This document shows positions 40,566 through 53,602 of a stretch of DNA of 64,000 nt, piece by piece. The first letter of the stretch is position 1; every line of letters starts with the position of its first letter. Location of the stretch: NCBI RefSeq assembly GCF_001194135.2, contig NC_068986.1:56767788-56831787 (forward strand), written 5' to 3'. Both the position numbers and the translations under genes were made by a program. This DNA comes from Octopus bimaculoides (Eukaryota). The notes beneath the pieces are model-generated. The model was not told where the DNA came from. It ran no database searches and was given only the letters and a program-made list of their open reading frames with translations.

Positions 40566-41649
40566 CTGCACAGTTTTTGGAATACTGGATGAATATTCAC
40601 CGCGAGAACATCACTGAAGTGGAGTTTAAATTTGAACTCACAAAACATTTATTTAAGAAAAGAATTTGCGCGTGCGTGGTGGTGTGATTACGAACCTTGC
40701 TTTTTCGTGTTCAGCCCCTACACGAAATTTTGGAAAACTGTGTTATACTATGGTCCTTGGCCAACCAAAGCATTCTAAGTGGTTTTGGTAAAAGCCCACC
40801 GTTTATACTAGAATTGAAAAATGTGCACGCTCAAAAGGGTTACAGAATGTCATAATAAACCTTAAAAAGTATGGGACTAGCATTGTTGCTGNNNNNNNNN
40901 NNNNNNNNNNNNNNNNNNNNNNNNNNNNNNNNNNNNNNNNNNNNNNNNNNNNNNNNNNNNNNNNNNNNNNNNNNNNNNNNNNNNNNNNNNNNNNNNNNNN
41001 NNNNNNNNNNNNNNNNNNNNNNNNNNNNNNNNNNNNNNNNNNNNNNNNNNNNNNNNNNNNNNNNNNNNNNNNNNNNNNNNNNNNNNNNNNNTTCTAAGTG
41101 GTTTTGGTAAAAGCCCACCGTTTATACTAGAATTGAAAAATGTGCACGCTCAAAAGGGTTACAGAATGTCATAATAAACCTTAAAAAGTATGGGACTAGC
41201 ATTGTTGCTGAAAAATATTGGAATCCCTATATATGTCATACATTCTGTGGCAACTTAAAACGAAAATAGACTCATATGTGAATTACGATGTCATGATAAT
41301 TATTAAACCGAGTTCTTAATATAAAAATTTTTAAATGTACAAAATATAATCTTTAACTTTGAATAAGTAAATTCATTATAATACTCTTCATACCAAAGTA
41401 TATGAGAAATATATTTCACACTACATGTAAATTACCATGATACTGAAAAAAAAAATTGGATTTATGATGAAGTCGAATCTATCTAACAGCAGAAGTAAGA
41501 AACCGAAATAATTACAAGCAAAGACAATTCGCAATATGATGCACATAGTAATGGACTAATTATGCGAATTAAACAAAAAGATTGTCATACCAGTATGTTA
41601 GTATGTATGCATGCAAGTACATGTGTGTGTTTGTGTGTGATGGGTGTGT

Positions 41650-41741
<92 letters not shown>

Positions 41742-41883
41742 TAGAGAGAGACAGGGAGACAAAAAAAATATTCATATGTAGTATTTCTTTGTGTACGTAG
41801 TATTTCCTGTGTGCACAGTTAGATGTATGACTACTACTAGGGGAGCTAGAACTCTACCTAGTTTAGTATTGTGTCATGAAGTA

Positions 41884-41946
41884 TTCCACTGATGAATCGT
41901 TGTGGATCTGCACTATGAACACCCAGTTGCGAAACATTTATAGGAA
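41884..41946 (+). ncRNA. Decayed type I hammerhead motif
   Basis: TTCCA-CTGATGA-[35 nt, poorly paired stem II]-GAAA-CAT(T)-T-A-T(A)GGAA; stem III is one change from the palindrome ACATGT. Confidence 0.45.
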
Positions 41947-42153
41947 ACAAATGATATAAACTGTATAATACGTTTACTGGATTATTTTTCTTCAAATTTA
42001 TGTGCGCGAGCGCGTATGTGTATGTATGTATGTATGTATGTATGTATGCATATATGTACATATATGTATATATATGTACATATATGTATATATATGTTCC
42101 CAGGTTTAATCTGACCCGGAGGAGTAGCAAACGTTATGGTCGTCAGTCATGGG

Positions 42154-42680
42154 TTAATTAGAACACATTATAATCTTGTAATGGAAAAATGCGAGCATGA
42201 AAAGATCATAAACCTGGGAAAGTACAGGACAAGTTATTACACCAGTAAAAGTACAGGACAAGCTATTACTTCGAGTAAAATAAAGAATAAGAAACTTTTT
42301 ACTTAAAATATTGCAGCATAGAGTACCAGTTCTTCTAATTTACCACTCTTTACAGTTCTCATCTTTTAAATTTATTGAACAAAACTTTTCAGCTAATTTG
42401 TAAGTTTGTCTAGTCTAATTAGTCACTTTTTTTCTGTATTTAAGGTCGTAAATTAGCCAAATTCTACTTAAATAAGTACAGTGTTATTTGTAAACTATAA
42501 TAAAATAAGTTTTAATATTCAAATCTTAATTTTAGCTGCAATATTTTAAGTAAAAAGTTTCTTATTCTTTACTTTACTAGAAGTAATAGCTTGTCCTGTA
42601 CTTTTCCAGGTTTATAATCTTAAGAATATTACTTTTCATGCTCGCATTTTTCCATTATAAGATTATAATGTGTTAATTAA
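42154..42680. mobile_element. AT-rich fold-back element, arms about 150-165 bp
   Basis: aacacattataatcttgtaatggaaaaatgcgagcatgaaaag...ttttacttaaaatattgcagc versus gctgcaatattttaagtaaaaa...cttttcatgctcgcatttttccattataagattataatgtgtt. Confidence 0.9.
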
Positions 42681-43616
42681 TAATTTAAGATTTTACCTTA
42701 TAAAATACTGAAAGATAATATTTCAATTTTTCCATGTAAGTGATGATAATATTTCAATTTTTTTCATGTTTAACTTAAATATATGCAGTGATTGATTTAT
42801 TTGATATTACCCATCCACACCAAATTAATGGCAGGGATTTTTACCATGTTGTTGGTTGCACCATGGCTCATCAAAAGTTACAAACAACAAGACCCCAAAT
42901 TCATCAGTTACCAGGTTCACCTTAAGTAACTTAATTTTGCAATATAAGGAGGTCATAGGAATTCATTCAAAGAAAAAAAAGTTCCAGTGATTCCGGGATT
43001 GGGGGGGGGGGAACCCCACCTAGTTTTTTCCGAACCAAAATAAGGGATTTGTAGCATATTAGGCGGTCAGGATACTTGATTCCACGCAAAAAATCAAAGT
43101 TTTTTGGGGGGGTTTTCTTAGCGAAAATCGTGCGGGTGTTAATATACAAATTTACCATAATGTTGTTGTTATTTAGCATCATATCAACCCTGATACTGCA
43201 AAGCTATCATCAAAGACATTCCAGCCTTCAGCACACCGTTGTTTTGTTTTTTTAGGGATAATCTAAGATATTACATACAATGAGCGTGAGATTTAGGTAG
43301 GTGGATACTTTGGCTGCTATTTTTAGCGTGTCGAGCGACCGAGACTTTTTTTACACACGTATGTAATATGTATATATATCATCGGCTGAAGTTTGAGAGT
43401 AAGTCAAAAGCTGAGAGTTTCGTGTATTGGCACTTATCAAACACGAATTTGTCCATTGTCACTCTGTAACTTCTGACGAAATAACTTCTAAAGTAGAAAA
43501 TTTTGTCAAAAACGTTACGAGTAAACCCTGTACTATGTGACACATTCTACCAGTATCGGAAGTTTGAAAGTGTTTACTTAAAAAAAAAAAATATTAATTA
43601 AATAAATCTGTACGTT

Positions 43617-43711
43617 AAAGTCTGCCTCGGCGAAATTTGTGCGTAAAGACAGACGAAATACCGCTATGCATTTCGCCTGGCGTGCTAACGTTTCTGCCAG
43701 TTCGCCGCCTT
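43617..43711 (-). mobile_element. Family A SINE 5' half
   Basis: aaagtctgcctcggcg...gacagacgaaataccgctatgcatttcgcctggcgtgctaacgtttctgccagttcgccgcctt. Confidence 0.85.
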
Positions 43712-44218
43712 AGAACAAAAATATTCATTTTAGAAATATATTCTTTATTCTTATTGCTTAAGCGTTACTCCCTTACTCCCTTACTTACAGACATGAAATT
43801 TCGTAACATTTTACTTCATAACTGTCTTTCTACTAATTTTTGTTCAATGTGAATAATGATTCTGAATTCCTCATATCTTTTTCTATCATTTAAGCCTAAG
43901 AAAGGTATACTTTTAATTTAAAATTTTAAAAATTTATGTTAATTGAAGATGAATATCTGCCTTACTGCTCCTCTTGAGTTCGCAGATATTTTGACGTAAC
44001 TTTTTTCTACTGAACCAAATCTCAAACTATTTATGCTAAAGTCTAGCTGAGAAGGTGTCCTCTTTAAAACTATTAACAGTTTGCAATTTAGTTGAGAACT
44101 GAATTAGTGGTGAAGCTTGGAAGCTGCTGCGATTGACGAAATGATGGATTTAAGAATATATTCAACCACTACCGCGGCTGAATGATACAAGTCACTAACG
44201 CGAACAAGGTCACTAATT

Positions 44219-44377
44219 AGCACCAGTATTGCTAGAAATAAGAGTCAAAACAACTAAACAACTCAATAGCCACAAAAGCACTATCTTAATGAGCTGACAA
44301 GGGAGACAAGCACATTAAGATAATGATTTTGTGGTTAGTGAGTTATTCTGACTCTTATTTCTAGCAATACTGGTGCT
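44219..44377. mobile_element. 159-bp hairpin/MITE with perfect 29-bp terminal inverted repeats
   Basis: agcaccagtattgctagaaataagagtca / tgactcttatttctagcaatactggtgct; imperfect pairing continues to a loop of about 20 nt. Confidence 0.88.
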
Positions 44378-44692
44378 GACTGCTGCCCTTTGTCACTTTA
44401 GTGATGTCTATATTTCTGCCTTTAGGTTGTAAAATTGTGAATTAACCACCCATATTAGTTATAATTATTCACTTTCACCGTTTATGAAATCAGTGTATGA
44501 TTTCAACAGAAATTTTATAAGCTGACAAGGCGTGATGAGTTTAACCCTAGGCGCGGTGAGAGCCGCTAATAAGCGTTGAGAAGCATCAAAATACGAAATC
44601 ATAAGTGGCTCTCTATGTATGCATGCATGCATGTATGTATCAATAAAGGGTGGATGTATGTATATTTGCATATATATGAACGTATGTATGTA

Positions 44693-44972
44693 CGTGGTGG
44701 TACTAAAAGGACCCCGGAGTTGTGTTTAAGGTAAAAAGAACTTATAAACCTAAGTTTTAACATCATCTCCTTCGAAATAGTAACCTTGCGAGGCAACAGA
44801 CGGGTCCCAGCGTTGCTGCCACTTTTGGAATTTGGCCTGGAAATCGTTTTTCGTAAGCGAGTTGAGGACGTTCTGGATTTCGACAACAATATTATACACC
44901 GACCTTTCAGCTTCATTTTCATCTTGGGGAAGAGATGGAAGTCCGCAGGTGCTAAACCTGGCGAGTGCAGAA
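44693..44972 (-). mobile_element. Mariner 3' end: transposase C-terminus plus TIR
   Basis: [24 protein letters not shown] (YSPDLAP motif) and SLTKNDFQAKFQKWQQRWDPSVASQGYYFEGD*; ends ...CCACCACG|TA. Confidence 0.92.
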
Positions 44973-45076
44973 GCGATATGTATTATATATATATGTGTGT
45001 GTATGCGTGTGTGTGTATATATATATACACATATACATGGATATATATGTATATATACATATATATGAATATATAC

Positions 45077-45132
<56 letters not shown>

Positions 45133-45266
45133 ATGTGCGTGTGTAGTGTGTGTGTGTATAGATAGATATATATTTACATATATAGAGAAAGAGAATGAGA
45201 AAGAAGGAAAGAGAGAAAAGATAGTGAGATAGATAGGTAGACTGACATATATACACACACAAAATG

Positions 45267-45311
<45 letters not shown>

Positions 45312-46032
45312 NNNNNNNNNNNNNNNNNNNNNNNNNNNNNNNNNNNNNNNNNNNNNNNNNNNNNNNNNNNNNNNNNNNNNNNNNNNNNNNNNNNNNNNNN
45401 NNNNNNNNNNNNNNNNNNNNNNNNNNNNNNNNNNNNNNNNNNNNNNNNNNNNNNNNNNNNNNNNNNNNNACACACACACACACCAAGTTCTATCATGTTT
45501 ACTGAATGTTCACTATCGAATACTACTTGTTTTGTTGTTTTCACAGTAACAACAAAACAATAAAAACAGCAGCCAAAACAATAACAACAACAATAACTGC
45601 TACTATTACTTCCACTACTATCACAACTGCTACCGCAATCACCTCGTTATAATTTAGAAGCTTTGCTTTTAATTGTATTGTTTTCTTTCTCAATTCTTAC
45701 TTTATAATAAACATCCACCGTCTCACCCGCAAAGTAAACAAAAACTAATAAAAATAAAATATATTTTTGTATGTTTGTTATTGAAAAGTATAATATAAAG
45801 GATAACTAAAGCTACAATAAATAAAGTTGTGGGTAAAATGAAGGGCAATATCGATTATTTTCGGCATGTTTGCTCAAGGCTAAATGAGAAATTGAATGAT
45901 CAGAACGAAATAAATCAACTTTCACAGCCGCCTCTCGCCCACATCTTGCTCACCCAATTATAAGCTGTTTTTACTCTCAAGCGTCCATCAATGATTTTCG
46001 TCTTCGTTAATGCTATAATTCGAAACGCACCC

Positions 46033-46074
<42 letters not shown>

Positions 46075-46823
46075 TGCACATGCACGCATACACACATAGC
46101 CACAAACGCGGAGGCAAATACATATACGTACACAGGCGCAAGTATGCATCTATATATATATATANNNNNNNNNNNNNNNNNNNNNNNNNNNNNNNNNNNN
46201 NNNNNNNNNNNNNNNNNNNNNNNNNNNNNNNNNNNNNNNNNNNNNNNNNNNNNNNNNNNNNNNNNNNNNNNNNNNNNNNNNNNNNNNNNNNNNNNNNNNN
46301 NNNNNNNNNNNNNNNNNNNNNNNNNNNNNNNNNNNNNNNNNNNNNNNNNNNNNNNNNNNNNNNNNNNNNNNNNNNNNNNNNNNNNNNNNNNNNNNNNNNN
46401 NNNNNNNNNNNNNNNNNNNNNNNNNNNNNNNNNNNNNNNNNNNNNNNNNNNNNNNNNNNNNNNNNNNNNNNNNNNNNNNNNNNNNNNNNNNNNNNNNNNN
46501 NNNNNNNNNNNNNNNNNNNNNNNNNNNNNNNNNNNNNNNNNNNNNNNNNNNNNNNNNNNNNNNNNNNNNNNNNNNNNNNNNNNNNNNNNNNNNNNNNNNN
46601 NNNNNNNNNNNNNNNNNNNNNNNNNNNNNNNNNNNNNNNNNNNNNNNNNNNNNNNNNNNNNNNNNNNNNNNNNNNNNNNNNNNNNNNNNNNNNNNNNNNN
46701 NNNNNNNNNNNNNNNNNNNNNNNNNNNNTATATATATATATAATACATACCTACATACATATATATATATATGCATATGTATATATATACATATATATGA
46801 TACACGCACGCACGCACACACAT

Positions 46824-46856
<33 letters not shown>

Positions 46857-46955
46857 CATACATACATACATACATGTGTGTTTGTGTATATTTATATATA
46901 TATGTGTGTTTCTCTTTACATGCCTGCATGTATGTATGCACATGTGTACGTAATG

Positions 46956-46999
<44 letters not shown>

Positions 47000-47349
47000 C
47001 ACATACATATATATATATATATAAATATATATATATATGTATGTATGTATGTATGTATGCATGTATGTATGTATGTATGTATGTATGAATGCATGAATGT
47101 ATGTATACCTATACATGCATAGAGAGTAACAGAGTTTGTGATATGTATATACAGAGACATAAAGAATGCATCTAAGTGGTGCATGAATAAACATGGAACG
47201 TCAATGGTTCTTGTAGCTCTCTCTTCACCTTTTTCTCTGTCTGTCTGTCTGTCTCTCTCTTCACCACTTTCTCTTTCTCTCTCTCTCTCTCTCTCTCTTC
47301 ATCTCTTCCTCACTCTCTCTCTCTCTCTCTCTCTGTCTTCATCTCTTCC

Positions 47350-47394
<45 letters not shown>

Positions 47395-49169
47395 GTCTTC
47401 ATCTCTTCCTCAGTCTCTCTCTCTCTCTCTCTTTCTCTCTGTCTTCATCTCTTCCTCAGTCTCTCTCTCTCACTGTATTTGTGTGTGTCTGTGACTCATT
47501 ATTATTCCGTTTCGTTTTCTTATTCCAACTCCCTGTTGACCTTCCCACCTTTCCTCAATACTCTTACCCTTACCTGTTTCTTCCTCAGCCTCCTCTTTGC
47601 ATCATTTCCTCCACCGCTAACATCATCTCCCCTTCATCACTTTTCCTCTCGTTTGAAACAAACCAAATTATCTTTCAAGTATTGATTACTTTATAAGTAA
47701 ATAACCTTCAAATTCAATGTATTTTCTTAAAATTTAGAGAAATTTGGATTTTGTTTATTGATGCTTATATTCATTTTCATGTATCCTATTTTCTTAACTG
47801 AAGATGTTCTCGTTTTACTTGTGGTCATGATAACACTCTTCATTATGGCACCAATACCACGACCACCACGACCACCACGACCACGACCACGACCACGACC
47901 ACCACGACCACGACCACCACCACGACCACCACCACCACCTTTACCACCACCACCACCACCACTATCATCCCCACTACCACCATGACGAGCACAACCACCA
48001 ACACACTACACCACAACGTACCCCATTGCATGCACTCCTTCCAACACNNNNNNNNNNNNNNNNNNNNNNNNNNNNNNNNNNNNNNNNNNNNNNNNNNNNN
48101 NNNNNNNNNNNNNNNNNNNNNNNNNNNNNNNNNNNGACCACGACCACCACCACGACCACCACCACGACCACCACCACCACCTTTACCACCACCACCACCA
48201 CCACTATCATCCCCACTACCACCATGACGAGCACAACCACCAACACACTACACCACAACGTACCCCATTGCATGCACTCCTTCCAACACCATAACCATCA
48301 TCATTATCACCAGCATCATCATCATCATCATCAGCATCATCATCAGCTTCATTTCATCAACAGTAATCCTATTACTGCCACGATCACCATTACTAACTTC
48401 ATCATCGGAATCCCTAGCGTCATCAGATTGCAGTTGTCGTTTGTTCATATCATTCACACACGTCTTGTCATCGTCATCAACATAATCATCATCGTCATCA
48501 TCAACAGCAGCAGAGCATGGCGATAGTGTTGATGAAGATGATGATGATCATAATCATTATCGTTAATACCACCACTGTCTTCATTTTCATAATCTACCTC
48601 ATCGACATCATCGTTGACGTCATAAATATCATCATTATCGTATACATCATCATCGTCGTCGTCGTCGTCGTCATCATCTTCATCATCATCATCANNNNNN
48701 NNNNTCCTCCTCCACCTCATCATCATCATCACCATCATCACTCAGCTGTGAGTGTGGTTGTGTGTGCATGTGGTCTGTGGTTTCCTACACTTACAGATTT
48801 CGGTCGTTTTCAGTCATTATTTGTGTTTATGATTGTATTTGTATTAGTTTTTGTGTTTGCTTTGCTTCTCTCTTTGCATTGCTTGCTGTTGTATGTGTGT
48901 TTGTGCAGGCGATGTATACGTTCGTATGCGCGAAGAGAATGAATGTAGATGCATTTGTGCGTCGGTCAGAGTGTGTGGCTATAGGCTTATGGCCCTTAGC
49001 AAAATTATAGCGAAGAAATAAGCAAATATATTAAATAACAAAAATCAAAATGAAATTCAGTTCAGTGTGAAGACTAAAATGGTGATCCATCGATCAAGAC
49101 TTGAGGAAATAACAACAACAATAACAGTAGTAGCAGTAGTAGAAGTAGTAGCAGCAACAGCAATAATAA

Positions 49170-49220
<51 letters not shown>

Positions 49221-49267
49221 ATAATAACAAAATCGACGACGGCGATGGAAACGAAGTTGATGATAAT

Positions 49268-49299
<32 letters not shown>

Positions 49300-49380
49300 C
49301 GACGATGATAAATGATGATGATGACGACGATGATGATGACGACGATGATGATGACGATGATGAATGATGATGATGAATGT

Positions 49381-49420
<40 letters not shown>

Positions 49421-50299
49421 AAAATAAAATCTGCCAAATTAGATGAATTAGTTCTTCACTTTTGTGTTCATTGATTTATTACTAATACGCACTAGAGGGC
49501 AGAATATAAAAACGGAAACAAAAAGCAATAATTGTATAATTTAATAAATGTTCGTATATACTTTCTGGCCATGAAATTGGTGTTATTTTAATAATCTCAA
49601 CAACGATTAAAATGTTTGTGTAACATCCAGTATTCAAGATTGAAACATTATGGCCAGTATTACGTTTGCTCTTAACTGCATGTTAAATTGCCGTCACTAA
49701 TATTTGGTGTTGTTGTAGTTTGGCAGTAGGAAAACTTTAATTGAGTAAATATATAAACCATGCCGGGTTTTCTTTTGTTTTTATCTATCAGGTATCTTTT
49801 ATCTATAGCTACATTACTTGATGTGACCATACGTAGAATCCTCAAATTAAAGAATTGTAAAGTCAGCTTTCAAACTCGATAAAGTACCAGTGGGCTACAG
49901 GTGTTGACTGCTAATTCCTTCGTTTTTGTCTCTTTCTTTCTTTCTTTCTTTCTTTCTTCCTCTCATTCTCTAAATTGGGAATAATGCACTGTTATTAAAG
50001 TTGTAGTGAACCACTAACATCATCCCTTCTCCATGAAGGTTTTAGATCATAACCCTTTTTTTTTCAAAGAAAAAAGTGATTTAGCGATGGAACAGTCCAA
50101 AGACTGACCGATGTATGATATATAAAGTGGATCGGAAATAAAGAAGACGCCTCTAACACAAAATTTATAATCTTGTACCATTGTTAAATAATATGCAATA
50201 ATATGCATTTCTTGTCTAGTTGAAAAAAAATTCAGACATATTCTGTTATCTTGTATCATCAAAAGTTACATGCTATGTCAGGACTTTGAGGCAGGAACT

Positions 50300-50575
50300 T
50301 GGCAGAATCATTAGAGTGTCGGATAGAATGCCTCACGACATTTGCTCCGACTCTCTGTACTCTGTATTCAAATACCACCGAGTTCAAAATTGTCCTTCAA
50401 CATTTCAAGCTCGATAGAATATACCAACGAAGAGCGGTGGCTTTGGCAGAAGTTTCAGAGTGTCATGCATGATGCTTTGTGGTATTTGTCCAGGTTCTTC
50501 GCATTGTGGCAGCAATTCCTGCGGCGACATTGGTACCAAGTACTCGGGACATAAATCGACAATGTTTCCTTTTGG
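50300..50575 (+). mobile_element. Two degenerate family A SINE heads in tandem
   Basis: ttggcagaatcattagagtgtcgg...gagttcaaaatt and tggcagaagtttcag...ggtatttgtcc. Confidence 0.55.
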
Positions 50576-52071
50576 ATAAACACTGTTGGTGCGGAAAAAA
50601 AGAACTTGTAAGCATCGGTTACTGCCAATTTTAATTTTAAAAAATCTTATCTGCGTCTTGATTTATTTGGACAAATATGTGATCCTCTTTGACCGGCAGA
50701 TGTTTCGTTTGTAAATAATTTCAATTTTCGTGGCCCTATCTCGCTGATTTCTCCTTCGTTCTACTCTTAGAGAATTACCCCTTTAGTTGTTATTTGGAAT
50801 TGAACTTACCAGCTTTTTACTTCCACTTTTTAGACCAATCCACCATTTATTTATTTATCTATCACTGTCTTCGTTAATCAACTTAAACTGCAATTATTCC
50901 AAACAACTGAAGTTAGGCCAGTTGCTAGGAATCAAGCCGTTATTGATCCTGTTAAAAGTTACAGGTCTAAATTCGATTAAGTGAAAAGGGTTTCGAGTCA
51001 TATAGAATAGATCAATAAAGTTTTCAATATTTACAGAAAGGATAGCAATGCAGAGTACATAAAACCATAATGAGCAAACGCTTAAATAGATGTAGTTTTT
51101 TTTTTTTTTTTTGAAAAATAGTTTTTGGCTTCGAGTTCTAGTATGGCTTTAACTGTCCAGGATAAATCACAGTTCTGAAAAACTAATGTGTAATGATCCA
51201 TTTTTCTCTGGTTTGCTAACTCCACCCACTTCTCTTTCCTTTCGCAAGAATAACATAAGAACTTGCACCCCACCACCGCTACCACTACCACCAGCAGGAA
51301 GTATACAGACTATGTGTTCTACGCTAGGGAAAAAGTTAGTTATCCGTCTACTTATTTTAAGGGACTCATGTTAAGGAAGAAAATCAAATCCGACCGTAGA
51401 CTGATTTAAAATCATGTCTGCACTTATAATATCAATACATGGCAAGTGGCTCTTTTCGTTCTACTAAATTACAGCAGGAAGACATTTTTGTAGTGAATAG
51501 ATATATTCGATTCAATATAACTGGTCGCCGAATAAAAATCATATCAATCTCTAGTTGAATTTGAACTTAGAACTCTAGTCAGTCCACAAGTAAATACTGT
51601 AAAGCCATATATTTATCTGATGTTCAACTGTCCCAGTCATCACCACCGCATCTTATTGACAGCGTATAATGTCTGTATCTATATCTAAATAATTTTGTTC
51701 TAGACAAAATACAGAGTAATGCTGACTGCGCTGAAAGTGAAAGTAAAAGGAAATCTCAGATGTTAAACAGGACGAAACCATCTCCGTCAACTCCACGTGC
51801 TGAAGACTTATAACAAAACCCTCCGCCGACTCCACTCTCGAGCATAAGTTAACTTTACTGATTACGCTATATTGACATCTTCATGAAAGGAATATTGATT
51901 ACTCTTTAGTTTAGAAAGAAAGAAAGAAAGGAAAAGAGAGAGAAATTACCTTCGTTAGTAATCCAGTCCAGTCAAGTCCAGTTGGGTCCACTTCTGCCTC
52001 GATCCAGTCTACCGCGTCCTCTTTGAATTTTTGCTTTTTTCTTCTTTCAAACATATTCCCATTAGCTTCAG

Positions 52072-52119
<48 letters not shown>

Positions 52120-52837
52120 AAATTATTTTCACCATTAACCCCAATAGTGTTATCACTATCATCATGACCGGCATCATTACCAGCTTTGTCACCATCACCA
52201 CCACCACCGCCACCGCCGCCGCCATCACCGTCACCAGCACCATCATCATCAACGTCAGTGCCTCTGTTACCACCCCTAGCATCATCATCCCAAGCATCAT
52301 CATAATCATTATAGCCAATACCACCAGCACCAGCACCAATACCACTCCAACCACCATTACCATCACAACAACTGCCACCAATATACTCATTATCATCATC
52401 AGCCGGCCATGACGCCAAGACACTATAGGATTTAGTTCTACAATAGCCAACATTTTTGTAATTAGGATTGATTGTGGAGGAGAGTCAACCTTTAATGACG
52501 TTGCCATTCACTTGATAATTATAACTCTTGAGCAAAACAATTCCATAAATAGAAGTCGGAATTTACAAGGACTTGTACAGCTTAATTAAGAGTTTTATAC
52601 ATTTGTTTATCTCACTGTGTATGTGTGGGATGAGTGTGCGTGTGTGTGCATGTGTGTCTTTATGAGTGCACACATTTACGTGCGTGTTTGTATCTGTGTG
52701 AATGTGTTCGAATGTGTGTGCGAGCCTTCGTATGCATGTGTGTAGATCCGCACGCACTCACGCCCACACACACACACACACATAGCTCTCTATCTCAGTC
52801 ACAATCATATATACGCATCCCGCGCTCTCTCCCTCCC

Positions 52838-52893
<56 letters not shown>

Positions 52894-53127
52894 GCATTCA
52901 TTCTTTCCTTCCTTCTTCCTCTCTCTGTCTCTCTCTCGCGCGCTTTATCTCTCTCCTCATCTTTCTGAGTCATGCTCTTTCTAAGTTATATTTTCCCCCC
53001 TCTCTTTTTTCCAACAAACCAACTAACTTTTCAGAAAATTTATTCAGTTTTCAATTGTCTCTTTACAAAAATGCAACTAAGATGTTATCTAATAGTCTAT
53101 TTACTATAATTATTACGCTGTAAAAGG

Positions 53128-53602
53128 GTGGTGAACTGTTAGAATCAGTAGAGTATCGAAAGCATACTTTGCGAATTTTATTAGCATACCTTTACCATCT
53201 GAGTTCAAATCCTACCAAAGGCGATTTTTCCTTTCTGCTTTCCGTGGTCAACAAATAAATAATAAAAAAAAAGTATCGGGTTCGATTTAATCGACTACGG
53301 CACTACCCCATCGATACTTTTGCGATATTGTGCCTATGTCAGAAATTATTATTATAATGGCGATGAACTGGCAGAATCGTTAGATCATCAGCGTAAACGC
53401 CTGGCGATATCAGCTCCGTGACATTTCAAAGGCGGCGAGTTGGCAGATTCATTAACAGGCCTGGCAAAACGCTTAGTGGCGTTTGGTCTGTCCTTAGTCG
53501 CTGAGTTCAAATTCCGCCTGGTCCACTTTGTCTTCCATCCTCTCGCGGTCGATGTAATCAACCTACCTCTTCCAAAGAACTTGCAGGCCTTGTGCTAAAC
53601 TT
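53128..53602 (+). mobile_element. Three co-oriented family A SINE copies or heads
   Basis: Heads at about 53128, 53357 (ggcgatgaactggcagaatcgttag) and 53430 (ggcggcgagttggcag...gagttcaaattccgcc). Confidence 0.8.

Noticed and set aside
40278-41210. Exact duplications flanking the gaps at 40331-40469 and 40872-41091
   Set aside because: Identical sequence on both sides of N-runs indicates assembly redundancy
43466-43518. CTGACGA...GAAA...GTC hammerhead-like order with gtaac/gttac flanks
   Set aside because: Stem III does not pair and stems I and II need several bulges; at best a very old relic
47864-48290. Duplicated CCA/CGA-rich block with Pro/Arg- or Thr/His-rich ORFs
   Set aside because: Decayed trinucleotide repeat duplicated across a gap; no splice or codon support
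52023-52412. Thr/Ile-rich mucin-like ORF with a hydrophobic start
   Set aside because: Built from decaying ACT/ACC/ATC repeats and open on both strands, as expected for low-complexity DNA
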